Part shown: in pieces, positions 53,014 to 64,000 of the stretch
Position numbering within the stretch: position 1 is the first letter of the stretch
How the letters are laid out: each line of letters starts with the position of its first letter
Source of the DNA: Takakia lepidozioides
Taxonomy: Eukaryota > Plantae > Bryophyta
Assembly (NCBI GenBank): GCA_030704615.1
Contig: CM060734.1
Location: 38,688,001-38,752,000 of the forward strand
DNA: 64,000 nucleotides
Reading direction: 5' to 3'
Program-made: the position numbers and the translations under genes
The notes under the pieces: model-generated
Told to the model about the DNA's origin: nothing
What the model saw: the letters and a program-made list of their open reading frames with translations, nothing else
Database searches by the model: none

Positions 53014-56000
53014 GGAGAGAGACAGGGCATACGGACTCCCCTCACTCCAGTTGAGGTTTGAACAAAATGTGAAGACTCTACTTCAAATCAATCCAAAAGA
53101 CGCAAAGAATTCTACTGTGATCCCGATCTACGAATGCCGATCTACAATTACATTCTCTTCCAAATTCACCGGGACCCGAAAGGTATTGAGAAGTGAACAA
53201 TTCCACTTGGTTCATAAAACGACTGCATACTTAACGTAACGAAGCATAGATGCCTAGGAAGCGAAATTTAGCAAATGACTTCACAAAACAAAAACTTATG
53301 ATCTTAGGACAATGCAAAATCCGGGGTGAGTTTCGTTGGCGCTCTCGCTACCTATGGACCATCCATACTTTGTCACATATCTCCTGGATGTTTACCGAAT
53401 CGAAAACCTATCGAAACGTACTCCGCAACACCCTCTCTTTCCACCACCTCAACACAGTCCGCCAGGCTTCAATGCTACATCTAAAAGAAAAATGGAGATC
53501 GATGAGAAATCTTCCCTCCCTAAACCGGCCTGATTCCGAGATCTTCAAACCCTAACCAAGGGAGCACCGACGATGTGCTGTTACATTTCATGAGCTCCCC
53601 GATCAAACGAAAGGATGCCCGCAGTCAGTCGCGCCTTCTGACGACGCTTTGTAGTGTAGCAATTCCACGACTCCGATCCAAGCGCTCAAACCAATTCCCT
53701 AATTGATCCGTGAGATGAACTAATTAAAACTGGATCAGAGCCGATCCCCGCTGCGCACCACAATTCGGGCCCGGAGATCCCGAATGAGGCACAATTCAGG
53801 GATTTCCACAACAGCTGAGCCTAATTTACGAAGCAAATTCCGTCATGCAACGACAATGGGAAACCCTCGAGAACCTCGAAACCCTCTCTCTCTCTCTCTC
53901 TCGGAAGCAGAGTGTGGAGCGAGAACAGACAGGAGATCCCGAAGTGGAGAGCCAACACTGTCGAGCTTGCCTTTGTATGCCCTAGCCTTCTATGGCTATT
54001 CCTGAATGACAATATTGTGGCTAAACTCAATTTTCCGTCAAATGTTTGTATTTCAAGGGAAAATGGGTCCAAGATTCGATTCTGTCAGTTGACCCCGCGT
54101 GATATTGCCGTGATGGATGAAACCACCAGTCACGTTCATCGGAAGTTTTGAATTTACTTCCAAAAAGAAATTTGGCGAATGAGGTGGTCTTTTGGCGACT
54201 GAGGAAATTTGGCGATTTGGTTTTTTGCAGTTCGAATACCCATCGTCCGATGGGACCTAGAGCGGACGGTGTGAAGGTGGTCGGCCGGGATTCGGAGCGC
54301 GTGACGCGGGCAGCTGTGAATCCCTGGCACAGATTCTGCGCTCCAGCGACGATTCTGAGGGACATGCTTTACCTCTCTCTCTCTCTCTCTCACTTTTGTA
54401 ATCTACCCTTACTAGTGTGAGAGAAGCAGGCATGGAGTGTTGGCAAGCAGCTGTAGAATGCACGGCAAGCAAGCTTTCCTCGGCGCTTTCTTTGTAGGAA
54501 GTGGGCCCTTGACGCTGAAATGAGGCGTTAGAGCGGGACCCTGAAAGGTATCGCGTGCTTTGTATTTTACCTGGGCGTAAAGCAGTGTGTAGCTGGAAAT
54601 GCCTGCACAATGGTCGGTGAATGCACAATGGTCGGTGTCTCTCATTCACGATGAGTGTGCAGGTTTCGATTTTGCAACCTGCACACCTCAACTCATGGCC
54701 CGTGAATGTCTACATATTGCAGGGTGCCTTCTTCGGAGAAGTGAAATGCAAAGAAATCTAGACTATGATCATCATCAGGCTGCAGCCTGTTGTGGGTTGC
54801 CATTGACGCTATATCGCTTTGGCGTGATATTACAGTAGATCGACTTCCACCAGATTGATCATGCCGTGATGAGACTGCTCTGCCTTACTGATGTCTCAAG
54901 CCTTGGAGAACACAGGCTGATGGACTAGGTACCATCGGCAATGGCAGCCGCCGTTGCAGGCTGCCGTGTGTGCCGCAGTTCCTTTGTTGTTAACGCACGA
55001 AAAAAAAAGGTTTAGGATGGGGCAGCGCGTGTAGGTAGCCTGGTGCAGAAACTGTACTTTTAAATCTAGTATCAGTATAATGTATTCGTACGACATTAGT
55101 ATAAATATCTAATACATTGCAGCATACACAGGAAGCTATCATTGTTCATGTTGCAGAGTTTATGTGCACAAAAACATCTTGTATAGATTTTGCATTCAGC
55201 AATTTCAGGTTGAGCAAGGGTAAGAAGATGATGTAAAGCTTAGAATCTTCAAAAAGAGTGTGTCCAAAACAAAGAATCCACAGGATCATCGAATGGCGCG
55301 CTGGGAATTGGCTTTATGTTGGGACCACTGTGCATACTTGTCGAGTGTAGGAAGAGAGACAGGCTGGGGTGTGGGACGCTCCACTAGCATGTGAACATGT
55401 ATGCAGTCGTGGGATTTGACTGCGGAGGCAGCGCAGATGGAGGGAGAGAATAGGGGGGAGCATGACAAGTGTGATTCATGTTTGAAGTGTCTGTAAATTT
55501 GAAGAGAGAGTTCTAAAATGAGGACTGCGGATCTACAGTAGTAAAAGGTCCATATTGCCCTTTGATGCTTGACTCCGAGGGACAATAGAGCAATTTGAAA
55601 GGTGGACGGTAGGGGAACTTTTTCGTCAATCAACGATGACCATTTCTTGAACTCAAAGTCCAGTTGATTAGCCTTGCTGACAGATCACAGTTGTACCTTA
55701 TGTGTTGTTAGATCTCGGTTCTCACGTTTGGTGGATGAAAAAGAGTTCAAATCGCTCCATCTCCCTCGGACCTCGGTGTGGCAACAACTATTGCACACTG
55801 TATGAAGAAGATGGCCATGCATTAACGCCACCATAAACCTGTAACGCAACGTGAAAGAGAGAATTTGAGAGAGGTAAAGAGAGTCTAGACTCAGGACTGA
55901 CAAGAAAATCCTTTGCATGATCCTCTGACTCTTCCGTGTAAATTACTGGTGTAAATGCATCGCCTGCTCTGGTGGGGAGGATGGCACGTGTCTGCACAAC

Positions 56001-56504
56001 GAGGGAAGAACATTGCAGTGCGGAAGTTTTCAATCCTCATCAGTGCCAACACCCACAATCACAGACAACCTGACCATTAAAAGCAGGCCTCCAGTGCGCT
56101 GACAGCAGTGTAAACGTGTGAACACTGACACTCGGCAGTTGCTGGATAGTCCAGGTGCGCAGACACGAGACCCGAGTACCCACATTGATCGGACTTCTGG
56201 GTTGGTAGAAGGCATTAGGCCTACCAAGTGTGAGTTGTCAGTCCATGGGACCCAATTAGCTTGAAGACAACGGAAAGGACCAGAGTAACAATGGCCACCT
56301 GGGCTGGGATTCGGGATGCGCAATCAACTCAGCCACCTTTTTATTGCTAGCCAGACTCACTATTAAATACCATGCATGAGGCGCTTTTCGCTCATGAACA
56401 GAGATTCACTGTTGAAGGAGAATGTTTATCCCACCTCATATCAGCATCGGTAGGGCTAGATTCTTCAAAGCTCATATCTACGTATTAATGTCCAGCGATT
56501 CCCA

Positions 56505-56665
56505 AAGCAGTGATCTGCTCTCCAATGACCCTCAGGAGACAGTTCAATTGAAAGCAAAGATACAATAGAAGGACCCTTGATTTCCAAAGCAGTGTTTTTG
56601 CTCTCCAATGACCCTCAGAAGACAGTTCACTTCAAAAGCAAGATACAATATGGAAGAGGACCCTG
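56505..56665. repeat. Two-copy ~83-bp tandem duplication
   Basis: tgctctccaatgaccctcag.agacagttca...aaagca.agatacaata occurs twice. Confidence 0.7.
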
Positions 56666-57279
56666 CACGGGGAAGTAAAACCCAGATATCTGTTGCCGTC
56701 TTTGGGAGGAGATGCCTCACAAACAAATTGCTCTTTGATTGAAATTCTAATATACCAATCCTGAAAAGAATCTGTACAGTCAAATCAATGGGTGTTGCTT
56801 CAGACTATCAGTGAGTCAGCCAAACCCTTCTACAGTCAGTTCTAAGCTATTCCGTAAGGCAGGGACAGTCCAATCACAGATGATTGACTTATGGCCAACT
56901 TACAGCTCTCAACTGCTATATGTACAGTCAAGGGTCTTAGACAAGCTACCCTCAATGTCAAAGTGTGTAATGGATTGTGATCTAATGGGGAGGATATAGA
57001 TTCACTCAATTCCAGCCATCCTTCAGCCTCTTTCGTACAACCTTTTGTCTTTTGATTCCCTGTACATTGAATTCGTCCACCTGCATGGTAATTGTCCACC
57101 AGCTCCAATGTCTGAACTATGCTCACGTCTCCTGCCGCTCGGTCAAAACTTGGTGCAGCTTCAAATGGCCACAAGGCTATAGCAAAACCGTCAGAAAAAG
57201 CGCCACTTCTTCTCTTTCAGAACAAGAAGATTGCATGCAGCTGGACAACAACTTGATGCATCTTTGATGACCAACGAAT

Positions 57280-60200
57280 TCAGAAGCACTTGGCAACTTT
57301 GCACTTCCCGCCCCGACCAATACGGCTCTCACAAGCCTCAAGGTCCAGCCAACCATCAGGTGCCTCATCAGCATAGGTCTCTACAGTGGCATTCACCTTG
57401 GCCCGGGCATAATACCTACTGTATCTACACTGAAGCCCTGCTGCATGGTTGTCTTGAAGAAGTCCTTCAATCACAGCTTCATCCATCATATGCTTGTTAC
57501 TGGATAGCTTGTTGGCAGCTGGTATCTTCCTGAGCTGAGATTGTACAATTTCTTCGGCACGCCGATGTGCGAGCCGGAGCCGAAACACAGCAAGACTCCA
57601 GGTTGACTGCCCACTGCCAAGAAAGACTGCTGCACGAGTGCATAGCTCTTGCTCAACCAGAGAAATCTCCTGGCTGCTAACCTGTGAGGTAATATGGAGG
57701 ACCATACTCGTTGAATATATGAAGATAGATTGTTATGATTATATTGGTTGAAAGGTCATCAAGATGGATACACATCACCATAATACAAATGTTGCACTCT
57801 AGGTTGATGGCTGCTGCTCTGTTCTGTCAACTTTGATCCAAGGGCAGAGCATTGCCCAACAAGCACATCTCTCTTTCTCTTGGCCAGAATCTCCCTTTCC
57901 CGACTGGACTCCCAAAAACCCAATTTTAATTCAGTAAATCAAACTGTGTACATGACTATTACCTGATTCCTTTCTCCCAGTGTTGACTTGGGATCGTAAT
58001 ACTTGCCATCGGAGAAGTTGGGCAACCCTTCAATTTTCCATAGGCCAACAACAGCAAGGCCACGTCTCCGTAATCTCTCAACAACCTGGAACAGAGACCA
58101 AGGAAACCCAAACTCTTGTAAGTTAAGGGTGGTCTGTTAAGTGTAGCCTCCTCCCCACTCCCTTCGCAAAAATTAAGCTGAGTAAAACTCCCTCTCACCT
58201 CTTTGACAAGTGCAGCGCCTTCAGGACCTCGAATCGGCATCCACCCATCTGTCGCCAGATAAATAGTCTTCAGTTCTCTCCTGGTTGCACGGTCGTAAAG
58301 GGCATCGATGACATCATCCTTGTCAACTGCCACCCCACGAAAATGCCCTTTGTCCTTGCACTGATCCTTGGAGAGCTCCAGCCACTCACGGGCCGAAGAA
58401 TGAAGACCTGAATCAATGACAGCACCATCGCTGCATCGTACAAAACACAGACCGATATTGTGGCGACCGCACTCTGACTCCTCAAACCTCCAATGAACTG
58501 CCACAGGTTTCATATCAGCTTCAAAATTTAGCCATTACAGAATGAAAAGGGATAGAGGAACAAGAATCCTTTTTAACAGATTATGGCCTAATCCTTGCAC
58601 GTACATGAAATATAATTGATTGGAGACTTCATTATACCACGAAACCTAGACTTGTCAAGGAGAGAAAGGAAGGAAACAAAGAAAAAAAGAGAAAAACGTA
58701 ATACATCCACTGGAGGGCTCATGGGACACAGTAGAACAACAGAGCTAGAGAGAGAATGTGATGAGTTGCAAGTACCTGCCAGATAGGGGGTTTTCCTTCC
58801 AATTGCTCGTTCTTGCAGAGCATTTGTCACATCAGCTATGTGCTTTGAGGGCTGCAAAAATGCAGAGACACTTAGAAATGCCCCTCTCCACCTTAGTCCT
58901 GGAAATAAGCCCCCTAACCCGACGCAGCGGTCGTTGACGTTATTCAGGGCCTGAGTTATGTCAGATGATGATTGCCATCTCACAAATGACCAATCGAGAT
59001 TCCATGCCTCCTGCCATTAACACAGGAAAGCACATCAATTGATGCTGTGCAAACAGATGTCTTACATGTACAGATAATGCCAGAAAATCACTTTGTGCAA
59101 ATTCACAAGTGACTGTCTACATTAAGATAAAGGTTTCAATTGTAGGAAAAGGAGGAGAGGTTGTAACCCACATTGTTAGGGGGTACATAATCCCAGTTCC
59201 GCACAAGAGGTTCCCGGCTAGGCTTCAACAGCCAACTAGCATCCAGCCTTTTGTGGCACTGTTTTAAGCAATTGTCCAAAGAGGAAACCCTCACAAATCT
59301 TGAGAGTGTTTCTGCATCATAACGATCCTCCCATGCCAATCCACGACGACTCGCAGAAGAAAGCCCTGGAACGCAATGTTCAGTCAATGTTCAGTCCTTA
59401 GTGCCTTCTACCCTTTTCTGGGCCATTTCCCCACTGTGAACAAATAGGTAATATACAATTGCAAGTACTCATATTTTACAGCATGCACGACAAAAACTTG
59501 GCCGACTTGACTTTAAGTGGAACATACAAGAATTGTGAGTACTTGTCTGCAGGTGGTCAATTTGGAAAGAGAGAATGTGCTCATAAGACGTTTGCTGTAG
59601 CCTAGTGGCCATTGACCCTGCGCTCAGTTTGAGCGAACAAGGGACAGAAAGTACCTTTGTCAGAGGCTGATGCCGGGAGTATGACTTACCTTGGAACAGA
59701 ATTGATCCGAGTTTTCCAGATATCCTCTAGAAATCCCTTTACACAAGCATCAAAGTGCTGTATGTGGTTTGCCCAATAACTGGGCCCCAAAAGGGCCTGG
59801 GGCTTTTGGCTCAGCCTCAAAGCTTTCAAAGTTGGTAAACAGAGGTACAGGCACAATACCCTTGATGGATTTGAAAAGGGCGTCTCTCTGGTGAGAGTAC
59901 CCGGCAACAGAGAGAGAGAGAGAGAGAGAGCAGTACCAGAGTGTTTCGTGGGACCCGAAAAGAAGGGTGTGAGACAAAGAGTGCGATTGAGCGCATGGGC
60001 AACAACAGCAGCCGACATATACTCCATCAGCTGATTGCCAGAGCCCACCTGGAAACTTAGGATAGGCATCAAAAACTTTTCCTCAGCCTTGTGTGTTTCC
60101 TGCAAATTGAAGGGCAACACAAGAATGAGACAGATAGTAACAGGAAGAAAGATGAGTCACCAATGCCAGCTCTCAGGGGAACAGACCTGCCAAATCCTTG

Positions 60201-61719
60201 GGTCCTAACCCACCCCGGTCTAGCTATCACTTCTTGCCATCTGGTGTTGTGGAAATCACTTGCGGAGGACGAGACAGCAAGTCTACAGGTAGCCAATCTT
60301 GAGAGAGTTACATTGATCCTTGCTTGCTCCAGCCTCGTGGCTGTAAACCCCACTGATGGTAAACAATGCACTTGCTTTTGTACGGATGGGGGGATGGGAG
60401 GGGAATGTGAGGAGGGCAGCCTTATTGGGCTGGACTCAATTTGTGCATGAAATAATCTTGCATCCAAAATCTTCAAAAGAACGTACTTTAAATGCATAGC
60501 ATCCATTTGCGCTAGAGATGGAGACAGAAACTATTTGAAGTTGGCCTGTCCCTGAGAAGGAACGGAAGTCCTTCTTATCGGATCCGGGCGAGGATGCAGA
60601 CGTAACTCGGTCATGGGTAGTTGCGAGGAAGCTACTCCTCTCAAGGCGGTAGTGTTTGTAATACGAGCGAGAGAGAAAAAAAGGAGAAGAAATCTTTTGC
60701 TTCCGGGGGAGGCCCCAGAGACCCAAGAACAACAACAAACTCGAAACCATAGACAACAAAACCAGAGAGGGAGGATTGCTTACATGATCTGCCGCACCAT
60801 GGAGCAAGGGGAATTGAGCACTTGTGGGCTTGGTGGGCTTGGTGGCGCTCCTGTTAGAGAGGTTCGCAGTAACATTGTTGGTGACAAGTGCGCCATGGAT
60901 TGAAGGCAGTTCGGCACTAGTAGGATTGCTGGCGACGGGAAGCTGAGTGGTAGAGGCATTCTTGCCTTGGATAAGAGGCGGTGCATCACTTGCTGCTTCG
61001 GTGACGGGGAGCTGAGTGGTAGAGGCCTTTTCGCGTTGGATGGCAGGCAGTACATTCCTTACTGCTTCGTTGACGGGGAGCTGAGTGGTAGAGGCATTCT
61101 GGCGTTGGATGGCAGGCAGTGCATCCCTTACTGCTTCGTTGACGGGGAGCTGAGTGGTAGAGGCATTCTGGCGTTGGATGGCAGGCAGTGCATCCCTTAC
61201 TGCTTCGTTGACGGGGAGCTGAGTGGTAGAGACATTCTGGCGTTGGATGGCAGGCAGTGCATCCCTTACTGCTTCGTTGACGGGGAGCTGAGTGGTAGAG
61301 GCATTCTGGCGTTGGATGGCAGGCAGTCCATCCCTTGCTGCTTCGTTGATGGGGAGCTGAGTGGTAGAAGCATTCACGCCTTGGATAACAGGCAGTGCAT
61401 AAATTCCTGCCTCGTTGACAGGGAGCTGAGTGGTAGAGACATGCTCGCCTTGGATAACAGGCAGTGTATCACTTGCTGATTTGTTGGTGCTGACATTCGC
61501 TCCTTGAACTGAAGGCCAGTCACCACTAGATTGCTTGTTCGAAAAGTCTGTTGAGAGACTAGTGGCATTCAAAGTTGGTCGAAAACTCACGTCTCTCCCA
61601 GAACTCGGTGACACAGAGAACGTCGTTGTGGATAGGATGAGGCACACAGAGCCCAACAGAAGGGCTGCCTGAAGTGGCACTGAAGGAACCACGGACAACT
61701 TCCATTTGAATAATTCCAT
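57280..61719 (-). CDS. Type II membrane O-fucosyltransferase-like glycosyltransferase, multi-exon
   Basis: N-terminal signal/anchor LQAALLLGSVCLIL; GSGNQLMEYMSAAVVAHALNRTLCLTPF; PYLA|VHWRFEE; IYLATDG; VEQELCTRAAVFLGSGQSTWS, typical of the O-FucT (POFUT-like) fold; exon structure approximate. Confidence 0.78.
59576..59905 (-). mobile_element. 5'-truncated non-LTR retroelement tail in an O-FucT intron (copy 3), next to an (AG)n tract
   Basis: Highly similar to 46374-46702; translates FESFEAEPK / [30 protein letters not shown]. Confidence 0.8.
60935..61490 (-). repeat. Coding 69-bp (23-aa) tandem repeat, ~8 units
   Basis: gagctgagtggtagag recurs every 69 bp; unit STTQLPVNEAVRDALPAIQRQNA. Confidence 0.95.
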
Positions 61720-64000
61720 TGTTCTTCCCTCTGAGGGAGCCCAGTATCTATATCCTACGCATATCTGTTAGAATGACAGCAAAGCATGTCTCATCAGATA
61801 AGAAACTAGAAGCAGACAGAAGGTCCGGGGAGAACTAGTAAAAACTTCAGGCGATCAAAACAGTGTAGTCTACCAAGTGAAAGAGAGAAAGAGCGAGAAG
61901 CTCATTGAGATTCGAAGGGCTCAAAGGATGGGGGGAGAGATTCTGGGACCTGGAAATATATATGGCAGAATAGGACCAACTTTCGCCCGACAGGCTAGTA
62001 CAACGTCTTGAATGGGAAATTTCAGACGAAGTATTGTCTAAAGAGCTAAGAACTATACAAGATGGTCTTACAGTACGTGTACTTCATTTATCTAGAAGAC
62101 GTAATCGTAAAAAGTAATCCAGAGTGGGAGAATAGTTGATGGCTACACAGGTTGCAGACTTTCGTGATTCATCCTGCTTGCAAGATGCATCTCCTTGTCT
62201 GTAACACAAAATAGCAAAAATGTAGTAGACTGTCGACCTTGAAAACTGGCACTTTGACGAGGTACTGCACGATTGGCCAGGTGACGAGAGATCAACAAGA
62301 TTCACTCTGAAGCTCTTGAACATGACTCCAGTCTTAGCACAGAGCGAGCTTTATATTTTCAAGTTACCAAAGGCGAAGAAAAATAGTGACAGTGGGGCTA
62401 GCTGGTTCATGAAGTCTGCGGAACATAAGCTGCCTCGAATTCGCAATACCCATGACACCTAGGGACAAACTCACACAAGGGAATGATTGCTATGACCATA
62501 GAGAGTCCACAGAAGAAAATGGTAAGGAAAGAAAAAGCTGTATGAGTTTACTTTCGACCAAAACGCAGGTTGTTTGCAGTCGCGTGTCTAAGTATTGCCC
62601 GTCGTTGGTACACACTTATACTGAACTGATCACTGTCCATGACATCTCGTATAGATCTACCTCTCCTTACAACTGCGTCGTCTCCATCAGAGCCCCCCCT
62701 CCCTCTCTCTATATCCTCTGGGCCTCCCGCAGACCACACATTTTCGTCTTTCTCCCTCCTTTCTCCCTCCTTTCTCCTCTCTTCTCCCTCAGCAATCCAC
62801 TGTCCAGCAACCGGCATCCTATCTCCCCCAAAACATCGTGTACGTCAACAATCCAGCGGCCATTCTATGCATGTAGCCCACCACGAGTATCCTCAGTATC
62901 CCTCCTGAAATCTAGCCGCTCCTGTAGGCCCTGCAGCAGCAATGCAGACCTTCCGAAGCAGTGCATGACAGCGCCCACTCCCTGTATCGACGTGGCCTTG
63001 CAAAATAAGAGACGCGAGCAAAGCACTTGTATAATATAATAGCTCGCGGTGTTAGGCGGGAGTCAGGACCGAGCTGTTGTCGGTTCCTGTCCACCCTTTC
63101 TTTGGAGGGCCCCCCTCCCTCCTCTCCTTCTCGGGAGTCGGCACCATCACTTTTGTTGCACACGCACACCGTGGATGCTCTCAACTGCCCGACTCATCAT
63201 ACTATCCGTGTTTCCTCGCAACGAATTTCTGTCTACTTAAACATTGTAGTTGGGACTCCTTTGAAACAAAAAACGAAAGAAAAAACAAAAGAAAAAACAA
63301 AAATATAGACATCAAGACATTTGACCAGAGGTGAAAGTCTGAAAGTCTGGTGAGGGATAAAGATAAAAAAGATAAAGTTTCTTTAACGTGAGGTGAGGGA
63401 GAGAGAGTAAGTCTGCAGGAGGTAAGGAGTAAATGATCATTAGTATGCGGTGAATTGCGTTAGATTATGGTGATGAGGAATATCGGAAGTTTAGAAGCCC
63501 GCACAATTATGTGTGTACGCAGTACTGGGAGAGACATGGCCTGGATTTGAGTCATGGAGTGTTGGGCAATTGCAGCATGTCTCGTACTGCCACATCAATC
63601 TCCAAGTGTGGGTCCTCTGCTACCAACTTTAAGACGCTGAGTGAACGTGTGCGGGCCATATTGTATGCGAGGTCCGAGCGTGAGTGACAGGGTCCACCGA
63701 TTTCCATGCAATCATAAACTTCAAATGTCGCATAATTTGTACTGGCCATGTGATCCCGAGATGGCCGCAAGCAGTCCAAATGTCTATATGCGAGATCTGT
63801 CTAAACTCGAAAAGTGGCTGATCAGATTGCCTTTTACATTCAGGTTTGGGCAATCTAGCCAGAGTGCAAAGTTTCCAATTCAGTATTTATGAGTTTCTCA
63901 TCACAAATAGTCTCGAAGAACAAAGAGATGCCACCTAGCTCACCAGCCATCATTCTTCTGCTTTATGTGGGCATCGAAAACCCACCAAATATTCTAGCCT

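Noticed and set aside
60935-61490. Regular repeats as a possible CRISPR array
   Set aside because: No unique spacers; whole 69-bp units repeat in frame within a eukaryotic exon
62452-63892. Possible gene exons at the window end
   Set aside because: Several overlapping ORFs with no recognisable family or consistent splice pattern

Overview
Eukaryotic nuclear DNA from a land plant, probably seed-free/bryophyte-like (spliceosomal introns, PLS-DYW PPR genes, Gypsy/CACTA/hAT remnants); the species cannot be fixed from sequence alone. Recognisable host genes are all on the minus strand: the first exon of an MPDU1/PQ-loop gene, an intact intronless PLS-E-DYW RNA-editing factor (2615-5044), a DUF760 gene (9820-14205), a C1-domain diacylglycerol kinase (45736-53013) and an O-fucosyltransferase-like gene with a 69-bp tandem-repeat stem (57280-61719). 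The central ~26 kb (16.7-42.3 kb) is a TE nest. Its most striking component is a 10.6-kb decayed Ty3/Gypsy element (19950-30546; TG...CA ends, 4-bp TSD CACT). Its pol carries a DNMT3-like C5 cytosine methyltransferase between protease and RT and a PHD finger after integrase. Its ends are not two ordinary LTRs but split direct repeats (A...B-A-B), with no PBS or PPT visible. It sits in a scrambled cluster of PPR pseudogene pieces interleaved with copies of an OSB/PTAC9-type 'PDF' ssDNA-binding motif. Nearby are a non-autonomous CACTA carrying inverted copies of its own flank, a deleted chromovirus with an in-frame gag-chromodomain mini-ORF, and three short LINE-tail copies. All coordinates were read by eye; exon and fragment boundaries are approximate unless stated.
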